Positions 7,650 to 17,084 of a DNA stretch of 64,000 bases are shown here, in pieces. This DNA is from a virus: positions 29,769-93,768 of IMG/VR virus record IMGVR_UViG_3300032893_000763; one strand, written 5' to 3'. Under the pieces are notes generated by a model, which had not been told where the DNA came from, made no database searches, and saw only the letters and a program-made list of their open reading frames with translations. Numbering within the stretch: the stretch's first letter is position 1; each line of letters begins with the position of its first letter. A program made the translations under genes and the position numbers.

Positions 7650-8417
7650 CGGCTCGATCTCAAGCGCATCTCCCTCTGTGCTGTGGTAGGTGCGGGCGTC
7701 GTGTGCGGCAGACTTGAAGCGAGTGGACTAGAGAGTCCGATGCTCCGTCGTCTCTACCACTCTACGGTTTTAGTCGAGGGCTCGCCGTACGCCCCCTTCC
7801 TCCCGCGTTACTCCGCCACACCGTCTAGGCGATGCGCCATTCCGCGCCTACCATCGAGGTCTAAAGCGATGCACCAAGCGGGAGCGCAGCACCACGGCTC
7901 GCGTGCGCCGCGACTAGTGACACGTCGAAGGGAACTCTGCAAGCCCTGAGTGGCTCGCTTCCAATCGGTGTGCGACCTCGTACGTCCGTGCTGGCCGGGC
8001 TCCCGCTTGATTCCTACGAGACTTCCTCAAGTGTCCGCCACGCCGTCCTCTCTCGCCTACCCTACCCGTTCGTGCGCACTCCCGGTTACTCTCGGCTTGA
8101 GACTCTGACGCTTTACTGTTTCACTCGCCCGTACGCCTCATCCTCGTACACCCTTCGTTCAGGGGTCGCCCTCGGTCTTCGCTGCTAGCCGGGGTCGTGG
8201 TCGTTAGCCGTCAGGGGTGTAGTCAACGGTGTGCTGGACGGTACCTCGCAGTGGCGGGCACTGGAGGAAGTCTCGTGAGTCTTCATCCGCGCGACCGTAG
8301 TCTGCTCCTTCGCGGTGGAGACAAGTGATAGAGGGGAGTTCCGCCTTCCGGCCAGTTTCCCGTATCCGCTTGCAAGCACATCATCGGGCCGAAGCCCCAA
8401 GCCTGCAATCCCTCGTA
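7650..8417 (-). ncRNA. Candidate large structured non-coding RNA (~750 nt)
   Basis: No credible ORF; 26-bp long-range helix 8016-8041/8251-8276; 11-bp helix 7875-7885/7999-8009; end-closing helix 8398-8406/7708-7716; UUCG and GNRA tetraloops on the minus strand; TAGGAT -10 at 8429-8424. Confidence 0.7.
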
Positions 8418-8449
8418 CGAGTGATCCTACTGGATTCGGGAAGGTTCCG

Positions 8450-9013
8450 TCAAGAGAGCGGGCAGACGTTGCCGACCTGCACGGGCTTGTAGTCCGTGAT
8501 CTCCACGCAGACGTTGATGTACGTCTTGCCGGGGATGAGATGGCCGTCGTGCTCGGTCGGGTCGTTCGAGGGCCGCATGATGTTCTGATGCGTGTGGCCG
8601 TGGATGTTCGTGTGCCACCACTCGACGCCGATGCCGGTCGAGCCGCGAGACGGGCCGGGGAACTCGACGGAGATCGGCCGGTGCGTGAAGGCCACGCCCT
8701 TGCGGATGAACTCGGGGATGATGGTGAAGCCCGCCTTGGCGTAGAGGTCGCTCTCGGGCTTGTCATGGTTGCCGAGGATCAGGTACTTGCGGCCGGGCAG
8801 GCGCGAGACGACGGCAGCCCACCGCTCGGGGTTGCCCTGCTTGCCCATGAACACGTCTCCGAGATGGAGGATGTCGTCCTCCTCGCCCACGTACTTGATC
8901 CAGTTCGAGAGCATGATGACCTCGTGGCTCTCGGGCCGCGCCTGGAACTTGATGATGTTCTTGTGGCCGAAGTGCGTGTCCGAGATGAGCCACGTGCGGT
9001 TGGCGATCTTCAC
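8450..9013 (-). CDS. Calcineurin-like metallophosphoesterase
   Basis: SDTHFGH, HLGD, LGNHD, FTH, HGHTH motifs. Confidence 0.92.
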   Translation of the reverse strand: MKIANRTWLISDTHFGHKNIIKFQARPESHEVIMLSNWIKYVGEEDDILHLGDVFMGKQGNPERWAAVVSRLPGRKYLILGNHDKPESDLYAKAGFTIIPEFIRKGVAFTHRPISVEFPGPSRGSTGIGVEWWHTNIHGHTHQNIMRPSNDPTEHDGHLIPGKTYINVCVEITDYKPVQVGNVCPLS

Positions 9014-9022
9014 ACCCCTAGC

Positions 9023-9463
9023 CTAGCGCATAGGCTGCGCGAAGACCACGAGGCGGTACGTCGCCGTGAACGGCGGGGTGCAGGTCGTGAGCACGAGACG
9101 TTCGTGCCCGACATCTTGAAGGGGCGCTGCGTCCGTCGGCGCGATGACTTCGCTGCCTGTGACGGAGTACGCCGTGGTACGTCCGGCGACTCGCAGGAAG
9201 ATGCGAGCGCCTCGACGCAGGCGGTCGAGGAAGCGGAAGGGGCCATGTCCGCCGAATCCAGGCACAGGCGTCACCCGGTGTCCAGCGATGGCGATGGTGC
9301 AAGCGCATCCGGGCCGTCCCGATCCGGGGTAGAAGCCGGGGCCGTGCGCGAGCACGGACTCCCCCACACCCTCCCGCACAACGGTGCGGATGCCGAGCGC
9401 CGGAATCGTGAGCACCGGAGCCGGTGCAACGATGGCGGGAGGGGTGGGAGGAGTCGCGTGCAT
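9023..9463 (-). CDS. Sortase (class D/E-like), no N-terminal anchor seen
   Basis: LTIPALGI, IAGHR, LVLTTC, YRLVV: His/Cys/Arg triad present. Confidence 0.9.
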   Translation of the reverse strand: MHATPPTPPAIVAPAPVLTIPALGIRTVVREGVGESVLAHGPGFYPGSGRPGCACTIAIAGHRVTPVPGFGGHGPFRFLDRLRRGARIFLRVAGRTTAYSVTGSEVIAPTDAAPLQDVGHERLVLTTCTPPFTATYRLVVFAQPMR

Positions 9464-9467
9464 CGAG

Positions 9468-10646
9468 CTACTTGGTGTAGGCCAGCTTCTTCGGCTTCTT
9501 CGCCTTCGGCTTGGCCTTGGCCTTCGCAGCCGTCACCGGCTTCTGCGCGACCGGGTGCCACGCCTGTGCCGTCTCGGGCTTGACGCAGACGAGCGCCCCC
9601 GCGAGGTTGAGCGTGAACACGTAGCCGACCGGCGGCGCAGACTGCACGCCGTCGATGTTGACGCAGATGTCCGGCGTCGTGCCGTCAGCACCGGCAGGCC
9701 CGGCAGGCCCCTGCGGCCCGGCAGGCCCGGCAGGCCCGGCAGGCCCGGCAGGCCCCTGCGGGCCAGTTGCGCCCGTAGCGCCCGTCGCGCCGTTGGAGCC
9801 GTTGGCACCCGGAGCGCCGTCCTGGCCGTTCTGGCCGGGGCAGACGACCGTCGGATCACCGATGTTCTCGTCACCGTTGACGACCTGGATCACGGCACAG
9901 CCGCTCTCATCGGTCGAGACGACGACGCTGTTCCCGTTCTGGCCGGGAGCGCCCTGCGGGCCGGTGTCACCGGGCACGCCCTGCGCACCGTCCTGTCCGT
10001 TCGCGCCGTTGGAGCCGTTGCAAACGAACTGTTGATCGACCCGCTCACCCGAGGCGTCGTACACCTGGATCGCAACTCCGCCCGTCGTGGCGCAGACATC
10101 GCCACCCTCACCGGGGCCGAACGTCACGGTGGTCACCGTGTCGCCGTTCGTCCCGTTGGTGCCGTTCGTCCCGTTGGTGCCGTTGGTGCCCGGTGCGCCC
10201 TGCGGCCCGGCAGGCCCCTGCGGCCCGGCAGGCCCCTGCGGCCCCTGCGGCCCCTGCGGCCCCTGCGGCCCCTGTGCCCCGCACGAGGTCATCGTGGTCG
10301 TGCCGTACGAGGCCGACCCCGAGTTACCGTCGCGTGTGGAACCGGAAGTCCACGAAGCCGAGGCCGCGAGCTTGTCCCCGTTCACGAGCGTCAGCGAGAT
10401 GGTGTCCGTCGCGCTTGAACCCGTGAAGGAGAACTGCTTGGTCACGGCGGAGCCGCCGTTGACCGTGTAGGACTCGGTGATCGTGTTCTTGCCGCCGTTG
10501 CCCGACCCATGCGAATCGAACGCAGCGTACGAGTAGGTCAGGGTCGTACAGTCGTACGTGATCGTGCCGTTGTGCGCCGAAGCCACAGCGGCGAACACGC
10601 CAAACGCAGCGATGACCGCTGCGATGGTACCCATCAACTTCTTCAT
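9468..10646 (-). CDS. Secreted collagen-like (Gly-X-Y) protein, C-terminus LAYTK
   Basis: Signal peptide MKKLMG...ASA; GPQ/GPA/GTN repeats; Lys-rich tail then LAYT. Confidence 0.85.
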   Translation of the reverse strand: MKKLMGTIAAVIAAFGVFAAVASAHNGTITYDCTTLTYSYAAFDSHGSGNGGKNTITESYTVNGGSAVTKQFSFTGSSATDTISLTLVNGDKLAASASWTSGSTRDGNSGSASYGTTTMTSCGAQGPQGPQGPQGPQGPAGPQGPAGPQGAPGTNGTNGTNGTNGTNGDTVTTVTFGPGEGGDVCATTGGVAIQVYDASGERVDQQFVCNGSNGANGQDGAQGVPGDTGPQGAPGQNGNSVVVSTDESGCAVIQVVNGDENIGDPTVVCPGQNGQDGAPGANGSNGATGATGATGPQGPAGPAGPAGPAGPQGPAGPAGADGTTPDICVNIDGVQSAPPVGYVFTLNLAGALVCVKPETAQAWHPVAQKPVTAAKAKAKPKAKKPKKLAYTK

Positions 10647-10736
10647 ATCCGTACCTCCTTCATCGGTTAGCGTGAGATTTTCACGCTCCGCACTTACAAG
10701 TTTAGAAGACTCGGGTAGGTCTTGTCCAGAGGGTTC

Positions 10737-10961
10737 CTAGACGAGAGCCTCCCGGTACTTCTCTGAGTACAGCGTGGGGTGCTCGATGGCATCGAGCGCC
10801 TTCTCGCGCGGGACATCGAACTCGTCCAGCACGACCTTGCCGTCACCTGCGATGACCGCGAGGCGAACGGTAGCAGTCGAGGACGCCACGATGTCGATGT
10901 GGAAACCGACACCGCGCGGGCTCACGAAGATTCTGTCTTCGGCGTTCAACTCCTTCCTCAT
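10737..10961 (-). CDS. Hypothetical protein
   Basis: SD GGAGGAG; ATGA overlap with the upstream gene. Confidence 0.65.
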   Translation of the reverse strand: MRKELNAEDRIFVSPRGVGFHIDIVASSTATVRLAVIAGDGKVVLDEFDVPREKALDAIEHPTLYSEKYREALV

Positions 10962-11311
10962 GCACTCCTCCTCCTCTCGGCTGCGAGGCGAGCCTCGTAG
11001 CGGGCCACCATGTCACGGTAGTCGTCCTCGCAGATGGTGCCGATGTGGCGAGTGAGGAGATCCTTGGCCTGCTCCAGCGAGCAGGTGAGAAGCGCGATCC
11101 GGTTGCGGGTGCGATCCGTCATGACTGCCACCGCCGCGATGATCGTGCTCGGGCGCATCGGGTGGATGCGGCCATCGTGAAGCTCGACATCCCACAGCGT
11201 GCCGACGGCGCGGGGGCCGATGACGGTGCAGGTGCCGTAGGAGTTCTGGAACGTCATGCCGGGATACACGCGGCTCGCGTTCGGGTCTTGGACATAATGT
11301 GAAGTGGTCAT
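10958..11311 (-). CDS. Hypothetical early-type protein (MTTSHYVQD...)
   Basis: Starts at the degenerate repeat element copy 4. Confidence 0.65.
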   Translation of the reverse strand: MTTSHYVQDPNASRVYPGMTFQNSYGTCTVIGPRAVGTLWDVELHDGRIHPMRPSTIIAAVAVMTDRTRNRIALLTCSLEQAKDLLTRHIGTICEDDYRDMVARYEARLAAERRRSA

Positions 11312-11362
11312 GGCCTCATCATCGTCTACGCCGAGGAGAACGTCCACCCCTCGTTCGAGTGA
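11309..11362 (-). promoter_or_regulatory. Repeated promoter element, copy 4 (degenerate)
   Basis: TCACTC-GAAC-GAGGGG, 22 bp, CGATGAT, 6 bp, ATG11311. Confidence 0.6.
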
Positions 11363-11400
11363 ACTGGCGCAGACGCAGGGGCTCCGCTACACTCCTGCGC

Positions 11401-11514
11401 ATGAGACTCGTCCGCTACTTCCAGAACCGCCGGGCCGTGAAGCGGCAGCTTCGGCTCCTCGCCCGGACGCTCGAAGTCGCCCTCGCGCGGCCCTCCGATC
11501 CGAGGGGCTCGTGA
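11401..11514 (+). CDS. Small basic peptide
   Basis: TACACT-7nt-ATG; MRLVRYFQNRR... Confidence 0.5.
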   Translation: MRLVRYFQNRRAVKRQLRLLARTLEVALARPSDPRGS

Positions 11515-11590
11515 TGGCCGTCTTCTCCGTGAAGGATCTCAAGGTCGTCAGCATCTTCCAGGTCGGCCAGAAGAAGGGCGGCAAGAAGAA

Positions 11591-11863
11591 GTGAGCATCT
11601 CCGTCTCCGAGCGCAGCGAGCCGAAGCCGCCGTCGAGCGTGCGTGACGGTGCCGAGGCGCGGAAGAAGCGGCAGCGCGAGGCAGCCGACGTGCTGCGCGA
11701 GCGCAAGGACAACCCGGTCGAGCGCCGCGTGCGTGTGGCGCAGTCGCGCATCACCTTCTCCAAGGTGAGCCCGGCGACACTGCGCGAGTGCACCGAGTGC
11801 GGGCGTGAGAACTGGCGGTGGCTCACCGAGTGCCCCGGCTGCGGCACGCCCGTAGATGTCTGA
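11591..11863 (+). CDS. Zn-ribbon protein
   Basis: CTEC...CPGC at the C-terminus. Confidence 0.65.
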   Translation: MSISVSERSEPKPPSSVRDGAEARKKRQREAADVLRERKDNPVERRVRVAQSRITFSKVSPATLRECTECGRENWRWLTECPGCGTPVDV

Positions 11864-12152
11864 CGACACGCAGGTGTGGGACGGCGTTCCCCGTCTCTAC
11901 CTCTCGCGGGATCAACTGTTCTGGCTCTACTCGTTCGTCCCGCAGTGGCGCGGTCGTGCAGTCGGCCCGCTCGTCCCGTTCGCACACGGAGAGCGTGTGC
12001 ACTTCTCCGTCGAGGCGATCTTCCGGCCGACCAAGGAGGAGGCCGAGGAGGCGATGTGGTACCACGTCGAGAACGCTTGCAAGCACGAAGGCATGGCGTA
12101 CGATCAGGAGCAGTGGACGCTCTATGATCTCCGTCTTGTCGGAGGGTGCTAG
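11856..12152 (+). CDS. Hypothetical protein
   Basis: 98 aa, overlapping operon packing. Confidence 0.6.
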   Translation: MSDDTQVWDGVPRLYLSRDQLFWLYSFVPQWRGRAVGPLVPFAHGERVHFSVEAIFRPTKEEAEEAMWYHVENACKHEGMAYDQEQWTLYDLRLVGGC

Positions 12153-12243
12153 ACTTGTACTGTTCCCCCGGCGGAGCGGAGCGCGACAACGGCAGATGCC
12201 ATACGGCCCGCCCGCCGGGGGACTCTACGGAGGAGGAGGAGAC

Positions 12244-12615
12244 TTGATCGAGGAGCCGAGCATCGTTCTGCACGACACGGCCAAGCTGCTCATGCGTGGC
12301 CGCTGCGTCGAGGCCGACGCCCGCGACTCGCAGGGCCGTCCCGTCTTCCCGACCGAGAAGTCCGCAGTCGCATGGAGCGTGACCGGGGCGCTGCTCAAGG
12401 CGGCACGCGAGGCGACCGGCCGCTGCTTCCTCGACGCCCTGCGCGGGCTCGCGCTCGCGGTCGGAGCCGAGGTCGCATCTCCGCGTGACTGGCCGGAGTC
12501 CGAGACGCCCGTGATCGCGCGGCGTCTGTGCGAGCAGGTGTGGGAGTTCGAGGACGGCGCGAGTAACGCAGCGGTCTTCGAGATGATCGAGCGTGCGCTC
12601 GAACACGTGAACTGA
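12244..12615 (+). CDS. Hypothetical protein
   Basis: Strong SD GGAGGAGG before TTG; ARDSQG.PV...AVAWSVTGAL motif. Confidence 0.6.
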   Translation: MIEEPSIVLHDTAKLLMRGRCVEADARDSQGRPVFPTEKSAVAWSVTGALLKAAREATGRCFLDALRGLALAVGAEVASPRDWPESETPVIARRLCEQVWEFEDGASNAAVFEMIERALEHVN

Positions 12616-12618
12616 GAA

Positions 12619-12671
12619 TCACCCTTCCGGGGGATGGCCCCCTCTGCGCCAAGGCCGATACTTGGGGCATG
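12619..12671 (+). promoter_or_regulatory. Repeated promoter element, copy 5
   Basis: TCACCC-TTCC-GGGGGA, 21 bp, CGATACT, 6 bp, ATG12669. Confidence 0.9.
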
Positions 12672-13025
12672 AAGACTTCCCCCGATACGAAGGAGAGCGC
12701 AGTGCTCACCATCACGCATCCGGTGGATCTCCGCGAGATCCAGAAGTGCATGACCGAGTTCATCGGCTACGGCGGAATCCGCGTCGTGACGCAGCACGTC
12801 TCGTTCGGCAAGGTTGCGACCGAGGATGTGCTCTCGGGCAAGGCGACCGCCATCGAGGTCACCGCGACCTCCGACGGGCGCGGCTACATCGCTGCCTGGC
12901 ACAACGAGGCCACCGACGGCCCGTTCTCGGACGAGTCCGTGTACGTCGAGCGGTACTCGGCTCGGGGCCGCGAGTTCCACGGCTTCATCGACTCCGTGAG
13001 CCGGAAGATCGTGCAGACGGGCTAG
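12669..13025 (+). CDS. Hypothetical early-type protein
   Basis: Leaderless start at the element; 118 aa. Confidence 0.75.
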   Translation: MKTSPDTKESAVLTITHPVDLREIQKCMTEFIGYGGIRVVTQHVSFGKVATEDVLSGKATAIEVTATSDGRGYIAAWHNEATDGPFSDESVYVERYSARGREFHGFIDSVSRKIVQTG

Positions 13026-13627
13026 TGCAAGTCTGGATGAACGGAGTAGCGATGCAGGTCAAGGATGCAGACGTGCGGATCAAGGAGACGTACAGCATCG
13101 CGGACGCGGCGGAGGTCATGGGCCTCCGCCTTCCCGTGCGGGTCGAGCTACACACCGAACTTCCCGGCGGCTCGAAGGCCGGGTACATCGGGGTCGTCGG
13201 AGGCACACACCGCATCCGTATTCGCGTCGGCAAGCAGAAGCTCCCGAAGGTCGGTACGTGGGTCGCCCTCGGCGGTACCGGCTCCGAGTCCCTCTGGCAC
13301 GAGCTTACGCACGCCTGGCAGTGCGAGCGCGACTTCGGCGGCTCCTCCAAGGCAGCGTTCGAGTTCTACGCCGAGGACATCAAGAAGCGGCTCAAGGAAG
13401 TCGGCGTCGAGCTTCGGCCCGAGGACTTCGGACATCTCGGCATGAGGATCACCGAGGAGCGCGAAGTGAGCAAGCGGATGTTCGGGCGTAGCATCTCCCC
13501 GACGTGGGATGCGTACGAGGCAAGCCCGTGGGAGGTCGAGGCCCGCTCGATGGCCGCGAGTCTCGGGAGCATCACGCTCAAGTTCCCGGTCAGCGCCAAG
13601 ACCCGCCGGGACGCGAACATCACGTAG
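13025..13627 (+). CDS. HExxH zinc metallopeptidase-like protein
   Basis: LWHELTHAWQ and PWEVEAR (third ligand Glu); start uncertain. Confidence 0.75.
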   Translation: MQVWMNGVAMQVKDADVRIKETYSIADAAEVMGLRLPVRVELHTELPGGSKAGYIGVVGGTHRIRIRVGKQKLPKVGTWVALGGTGSESLWHELTHAWQCERDFGGSSKAAFEFYAEDIKKRLKEVGVELRPEDFGHLGMRITEEREVSKRMFGRSISPTWDAYEASPWEVEARSMAASLGSITLKFPVSAKTRRDANIT

Positions 13628-13628
13628 A

Positions 13629-13680
13629 TCCCCCGGAAGGGGGATGCCCCGAGACGAGCCTGGCCGATACTTAGGACATG
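13629..13680 (+). promoter_or_regulatory. Repeated promoter element, copy 6
   Basis: TCCCCC-GGAA-GGGGGA, 20 bp, CGATACT, 6 bp, ATG13678. Confidence 0.9.
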
Positions 13681-14535
13681 ACCACGAAGCCCAACGCATA
13701 CGAGTCCGAGATCGACACGCAGCTTGCCGACCTCTACGGGCAGGCGCAGAAGGCCGCGAGCTACATCCGCTCGTCGGCCAGTTCGCTCGCGTCGGCGCTC
13801 GGCTACAAGCGGGGCGACAAGATCCCGTTGACCTCCGAGCTTCTCATCGAGGCCGAAGCCAACGACCACCCGAACGTGCGCACCACCGTTCGCAGCATCG
13901 AGCGCCTCAGCGCCGAACTCGCTGCGATCCGCGAGCAGGAGAAGCCGCTTGAGGCCAAGTACAACGAGCGGCGCTGGAGCCGGTTCTTCCTCTGCACCGC
14001 GCACGGCGGGCACATCCACTCCACGATGTCGTGCTCGACCACGTACGCGAGCACCGAGTTCTCCTGGCTCCCCGAGTTGTCCGGCCTCACCGAGGCCGAG
14101 GCAGTCGAGGAGTACGGCGCGATCCTCTGCACCGTCTGCTACCCCACGGCTCCGGTCGAGTGGACGGCGGGCGTGAACAAGAAGGTCGCAGCCGAGAAGG
14201 CCGCACGCGACGAGGCCAAGGCAGCCCGCGCAGCCGAGAAAGCCGCGAAGGCGATCACCGCCCCGGACGGATCGCGGCTCGTCATCGACGGGTGGAATCA
14301 CATCGCCACCCTCGTCACCGCACAGCGCGAACTCGTCAACGCCCTCACCGAGGTCAAGGTGTGGGACACGATGTACGCCGACCACGCCAACTACCAGGAC
14401 GTGCGCGGCAAGTACAGCGCCAACGCCATGCTCCTCGCGGAGGCCATCGCAGCGAAGACCGGCACGCCGGTCGAGCAGGTCACCGCCGAGGCGCAGGCGA
14501 AGGCGGACAAGAAGTTCAAGAAGGACTACTCGTAA
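13678..14535 (+). CDS. Conserved actinophage-type hypothetical protein (His/Cys cluster)
   Basis: WSRFFLC..GHIHS..CST..WLPELSG..LCTVCYPTAP. Confidence 0.8.
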   Translation: MTTKPNAYESEIDTQLADLYGQAQKAASYIRSSASSLASALGYKRGDKIPLTSELLIEAEANDHPNVRTTVRSIERLSAELAAIREQEKPLEAKYNERRWSRFFLCTAHGGHIHSTMSCSTTYASTEFSWLPELSGLTEAEAVEEYGAILCTVCYPTAPVEWTAGVNKKVAAEKAARDEAKAARAAEKAAKAITAPDGSRLVIDGWNHIATLVTAQRELVNALTEVKVWDTMYADHANYQDVRGKYSANAMLLAEAIAAKTGTPVEQVTAEAQAKADKKFKKDYS

Positions 14536-14545
14536 AGGAGGCAGC

Positions 14546-15067
14546 ATGAAGATCGGAGACGTTGAGATCGGCAAGGAGTACGGGGCGCTCGACGCTCCGC
14601 GCTCGGGGCGCTACGGACGCACGATCCCGCGCCAGGTCAAGGCGCTGGAGATCGTCACCGTGGAGGAGACGCGGTACCACGGGTACACGAGCGGCAGCAC
14701 CAAGGTGAACAAGCGCAGGGTCAAGGTCGAGTTCCTCGACGGCACCGAGGAGGAGTTGCGCGGGTACCGCTACGACGCCATCAAGAAGGCCGCTCGTGGT
14801 GCCACACTCGTGATCGAGGCCCGGCAGCTTGTCGCTCCGTGGTCGGAGCTTCGCGGCGACATCCTCGCTCGGCAGCGCGAGGAGGAGAAGCGCATCGCCA
14901 TCGAGGAGGCGCTCTCGGCTCGGCTCAAGGCGCTCGGCTTCAAGATCGAGTGGGGTGTGTGCTCCATCCGGGTGCGGGGTCAGCGCATGGAGGTCGAGTT
15001 CTCGGACAAGGCCGTCGAGAAGATCCTCACCCTGGCCGAGGCCGGGAAGGAGGCGCTCGGTGGCTAA
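14546..15067 (+). CDS. Hypothetical protein
   Basis: SD AGGAGG, 173 aa. Confidence 0.75.
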   Translation: MKIGDVEIGKEYGALDAPRSGRYGRTIPRQVKALEIVTVEETRYHGYTSGSTKVNKRRVKVEFLDGTEEELRGYRYDAIKKAARGATLVIEARQLVAPWSELRGDILARQREEEKRIAIEEALSARLKALGFKIEWGVCSIRVRGQRMEVEFSDKAVEKILTLAEAGKEALGG

Positions 15068-15395
15068 GGGCAACCCCGATTCGGTCGAGCAGTGGGCTCC
15101 GATGTTCCTCCGCTACTACAAGGAGGAGCAGATTCTCAACCCTACGTTCGCCATCACCTTCGACCACTGCAAGCTGTGCGACGACGGCCCGATCCACAAC
15201 ACCGTCGAGCACCTGCGGGAGCACAAGAAGGAACTCCGCTCGTACCAGGCGCGGCGTGCCTCCGAGGCCCGCAAGAAGTCTCTCGCCGGGCTCGCCGCTG
15301 CCCGGAAGGAGAAGCAGATGGCGAAGTCGGCCACCGACGCGGCGGACGTGATCGCCAACCTCGACAACTACCCGAAGGAGGACGAAGATGCGTAA
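15060..15395 (+). CDS. Hypothetical protein with CxxC..H..H
   Basis: SD AGGAGG; CKLC...EHLREH. Confidence 0.65.
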   Translation: MAKGNPDSVEQWAPMFLRYYKEEQILNPTFAITFDHCKLCDDGPIHNTVEHLREHKKELRSYQARRASEARKKSLAGLAAARKEKQMAKSATDAADVIANLDNYPKEDEDA

Positions 15396-15606
15396 GACTC
15401 ACAAGGACGTGCGCGACATCTCGCAGGGCGGGACGGGCGTACCCGTGCCGACCTACCTCCTCACCTTCAAGGGCGAGACGCTCCGCGTCGTCACCCGGAT
15501 GATCGAGGCGCTGGAGTGGTTGCGCCACCCCTACCGGCAGTCGCCTCAGTACGCCTGCTACGTGCTCATCGACGGCGAGCAGCGCGAGGTCTGCCGAAAC
15601 CGCTAA
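15388..15606 (+). CDS. Hypothetical protein
   Basis: SD AGGAGG, overlap packing. Confidence 0.6.
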   Translation: MRKTHKDVRDISQGGTGVPVPTYLLTFKGETLRVVTRMIEALEWLRHPYRQSPQYACYVLIDGEQREVCRNR

Positions 15607-15629
15607 CCTGCGAGGACAAGGAGAAGCCC

Positions 15630-15830
15630 ATGCCGAGATACAACATCGAGATCGAGGCCGTCATCGACGCCGACAACGAGCAGCACGCGGACGCTCTCGC
15701 CACCCTCATCACGGGGATGGCCGAGGCCAAGTACGGCCCGTTCGCAGGCCCCCCGGCAGGCATCAACGCCGTCGTGGCCCGCTGCGATGTCGCCGTCGTC
15801 ATCGAGAAGACACCCACGGAGGCGCTGTGA
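15630..15830 (+). CDS. Hypothetical protein
   Basis: SD AAGGAG; MPRYNIEIEAV... Confidence 0.6.
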   Translation: MPRYNIEIEAVIDADNEQHADALATLITGMAEAKYGPFAGPPAGINAVVARCDVAVVIEKTPTEAL

Positions 15831-16078
15831 GCGAGCACGAAGTGGAGGCGGGTCACGTGCCCGACCTCCTTCCGGCGGTCGTCCACCACTACTTCCCCGT
15901 CAAGGGCGGGGTCGAGGCGAACGGGGATGGCACCGTCACGTTCCACTTCTTCACGAAGCACCTGGAGATCGTGGACATCACGATCCCCGGCGAAGCTGCG
16001 GCGGCGCTGCGCGAGGAGATCCCGGCGTCAAGCGGGATTCTGACACCGCCCGCACCCCGCATCATCGTCCCGAGCTAA
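15827..16078 (+). CDS. Hypothetical protein
   Basis: GTGA overlap. Confidence 0.6.
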   Translation: MSEHEVEAGHVPDLLPAVVHHYFPVKGGVEANGDGTVTFHFFTKHLEIVDITIPGEAAAALREEIPASSGILTPPAPRIIVPS

Positions 16079-16170
16079 CGCTTCCCGCGCCGAGGGGCTA
16101 TACTCCCCTCGGCGTCAGCGTGCCCGCGTTTTGATGGATTTCGCGCGACGGCGATAGAGTCTCGGGTGAA

Positions 16171-17037
16171 ATGGAGCAGACGAAGCTCGACTCCCTCCTC
16201 ATCTCCGAGGTCAGTGGCGTGGACGATCCCGCGAACCAACTGCCCGGATGGATGGTCACCAAGGCGGCAGGCGGAAACGCTGCCGACCTTCTGCTCGTTC
16301 TTGCGAACGAGATGGAGGCGCTCACGAAGGCGAGCACCACCAAGGAGCCGTACGGCAACGTGGAGTACGCCGACCCCGGCTATCAGAAGGACGGCAAGAA
16401 GCGGTACCCGCTCGACACCGAGGAGCACATCCGTGCGGCTTGGTCGTACATCAACGCCGAGGACAACGCCGCTCTCTACACCGCTGAGCAGCTTGCCGAG
16501 GTCAAGGGCAAGATCAAGGCCGCGATGAAGAAGATCGGTGCGGAGGTCGAGGAGGACACGTCGAAGGCTGCGTCGGACTCCGAATCCATAGTGGCGCGGA
16601 TCAAGGGGATTCTCTCCTTGGGCTCGCCCATCGAGAAGGGAATCGAGATGGAGAAGGACGAACTTCTCGCGGTTCTCGCGGATCGTGACGAGGCGCTTGC
16701 CAAGTCGATCAGCGAGGCCGTCGCAGAGGCCGTCTCCAAGTCGGTTGCCCCCGCCGAGGGCGAGGGCACCGGAGAGGAGACTCCTGCGGCAGAGGCGGCT
16801 CCGGCCGTCGATGTCGAGGGCGTGACCAAGGCTGCGGTCGAGGCCGCAGTTGCCGAGGTCGAGTCCAAGTACAACGAGATCCTGGAGAAGGCTCTCGACC
16901 GCATCGAGACGCTGGAGCAGCGCCTCGGCGTGGCGGCACGCAAGTCGCTCGACGGACAGGAGTCCGGCGAGGGCGAGCCCGTCACCAAGTCCACCCCCGA
17001 CCTCGGTGATGCCATCGCTGCCGCGTTCACGCGGTAG
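16171..17037 (+). CDS. Capsid scaffolding/prohead protein
   Basis: N-terminal ISEVSGVDDPAN; YADPGYQKDGKKRYPLDTEEHIRAAWSYIN domain; acidic coiled-coil C-terminus; directly precedes MCP. Confidence 0.8.
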   Translation: MEQTKLDSLLISEVSGVDDPANQLPGWMVTKAAGGNAADLLLVLANEMEALTKASTTKEPYGNVEYADPGYQKDGKKRYPLDTEEHIRAAWSYINAEDNAALYTAEQLAEVKGKIKAAMKKIGAEVEEDTSKAASDSESIVARIKGILSLGSPIEKGIEMEKDELLAVLADRDEALAKSISEAVAEAVSKSVAPAEGEGTGEETPAAEAAPAVDVEGVTKAAVEAAVAEVESKYNEILEKALDRIETLEQRLGVAARKSLDGQESGEGEPVTKSTPDLGDAIAAAFTR

Positions 17038-17084
17038 TAGGGCGGAACAGAGAGTCACGAGAGAGAAAGGCAAGGCGAAGCAAC

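Noticed and set aside
7683-8766. ORFs 7683-7949, 7970-8188 and 8185-8766 across the putative ncRNA
   Set aside because: No SD or leaderless promoter, atypical codon usage, Ser/Arg/Pro-rich translations; the region is better explained as structured RNA
9690-10275. Tandem 9-bp repeats (also 34100-34700) as a possible CRISPR array or VNTR
   Set aside because: They encode Gly-X-Y collagen triplets in frame and have no unique spacers. No CRISPR array was seen in the window.
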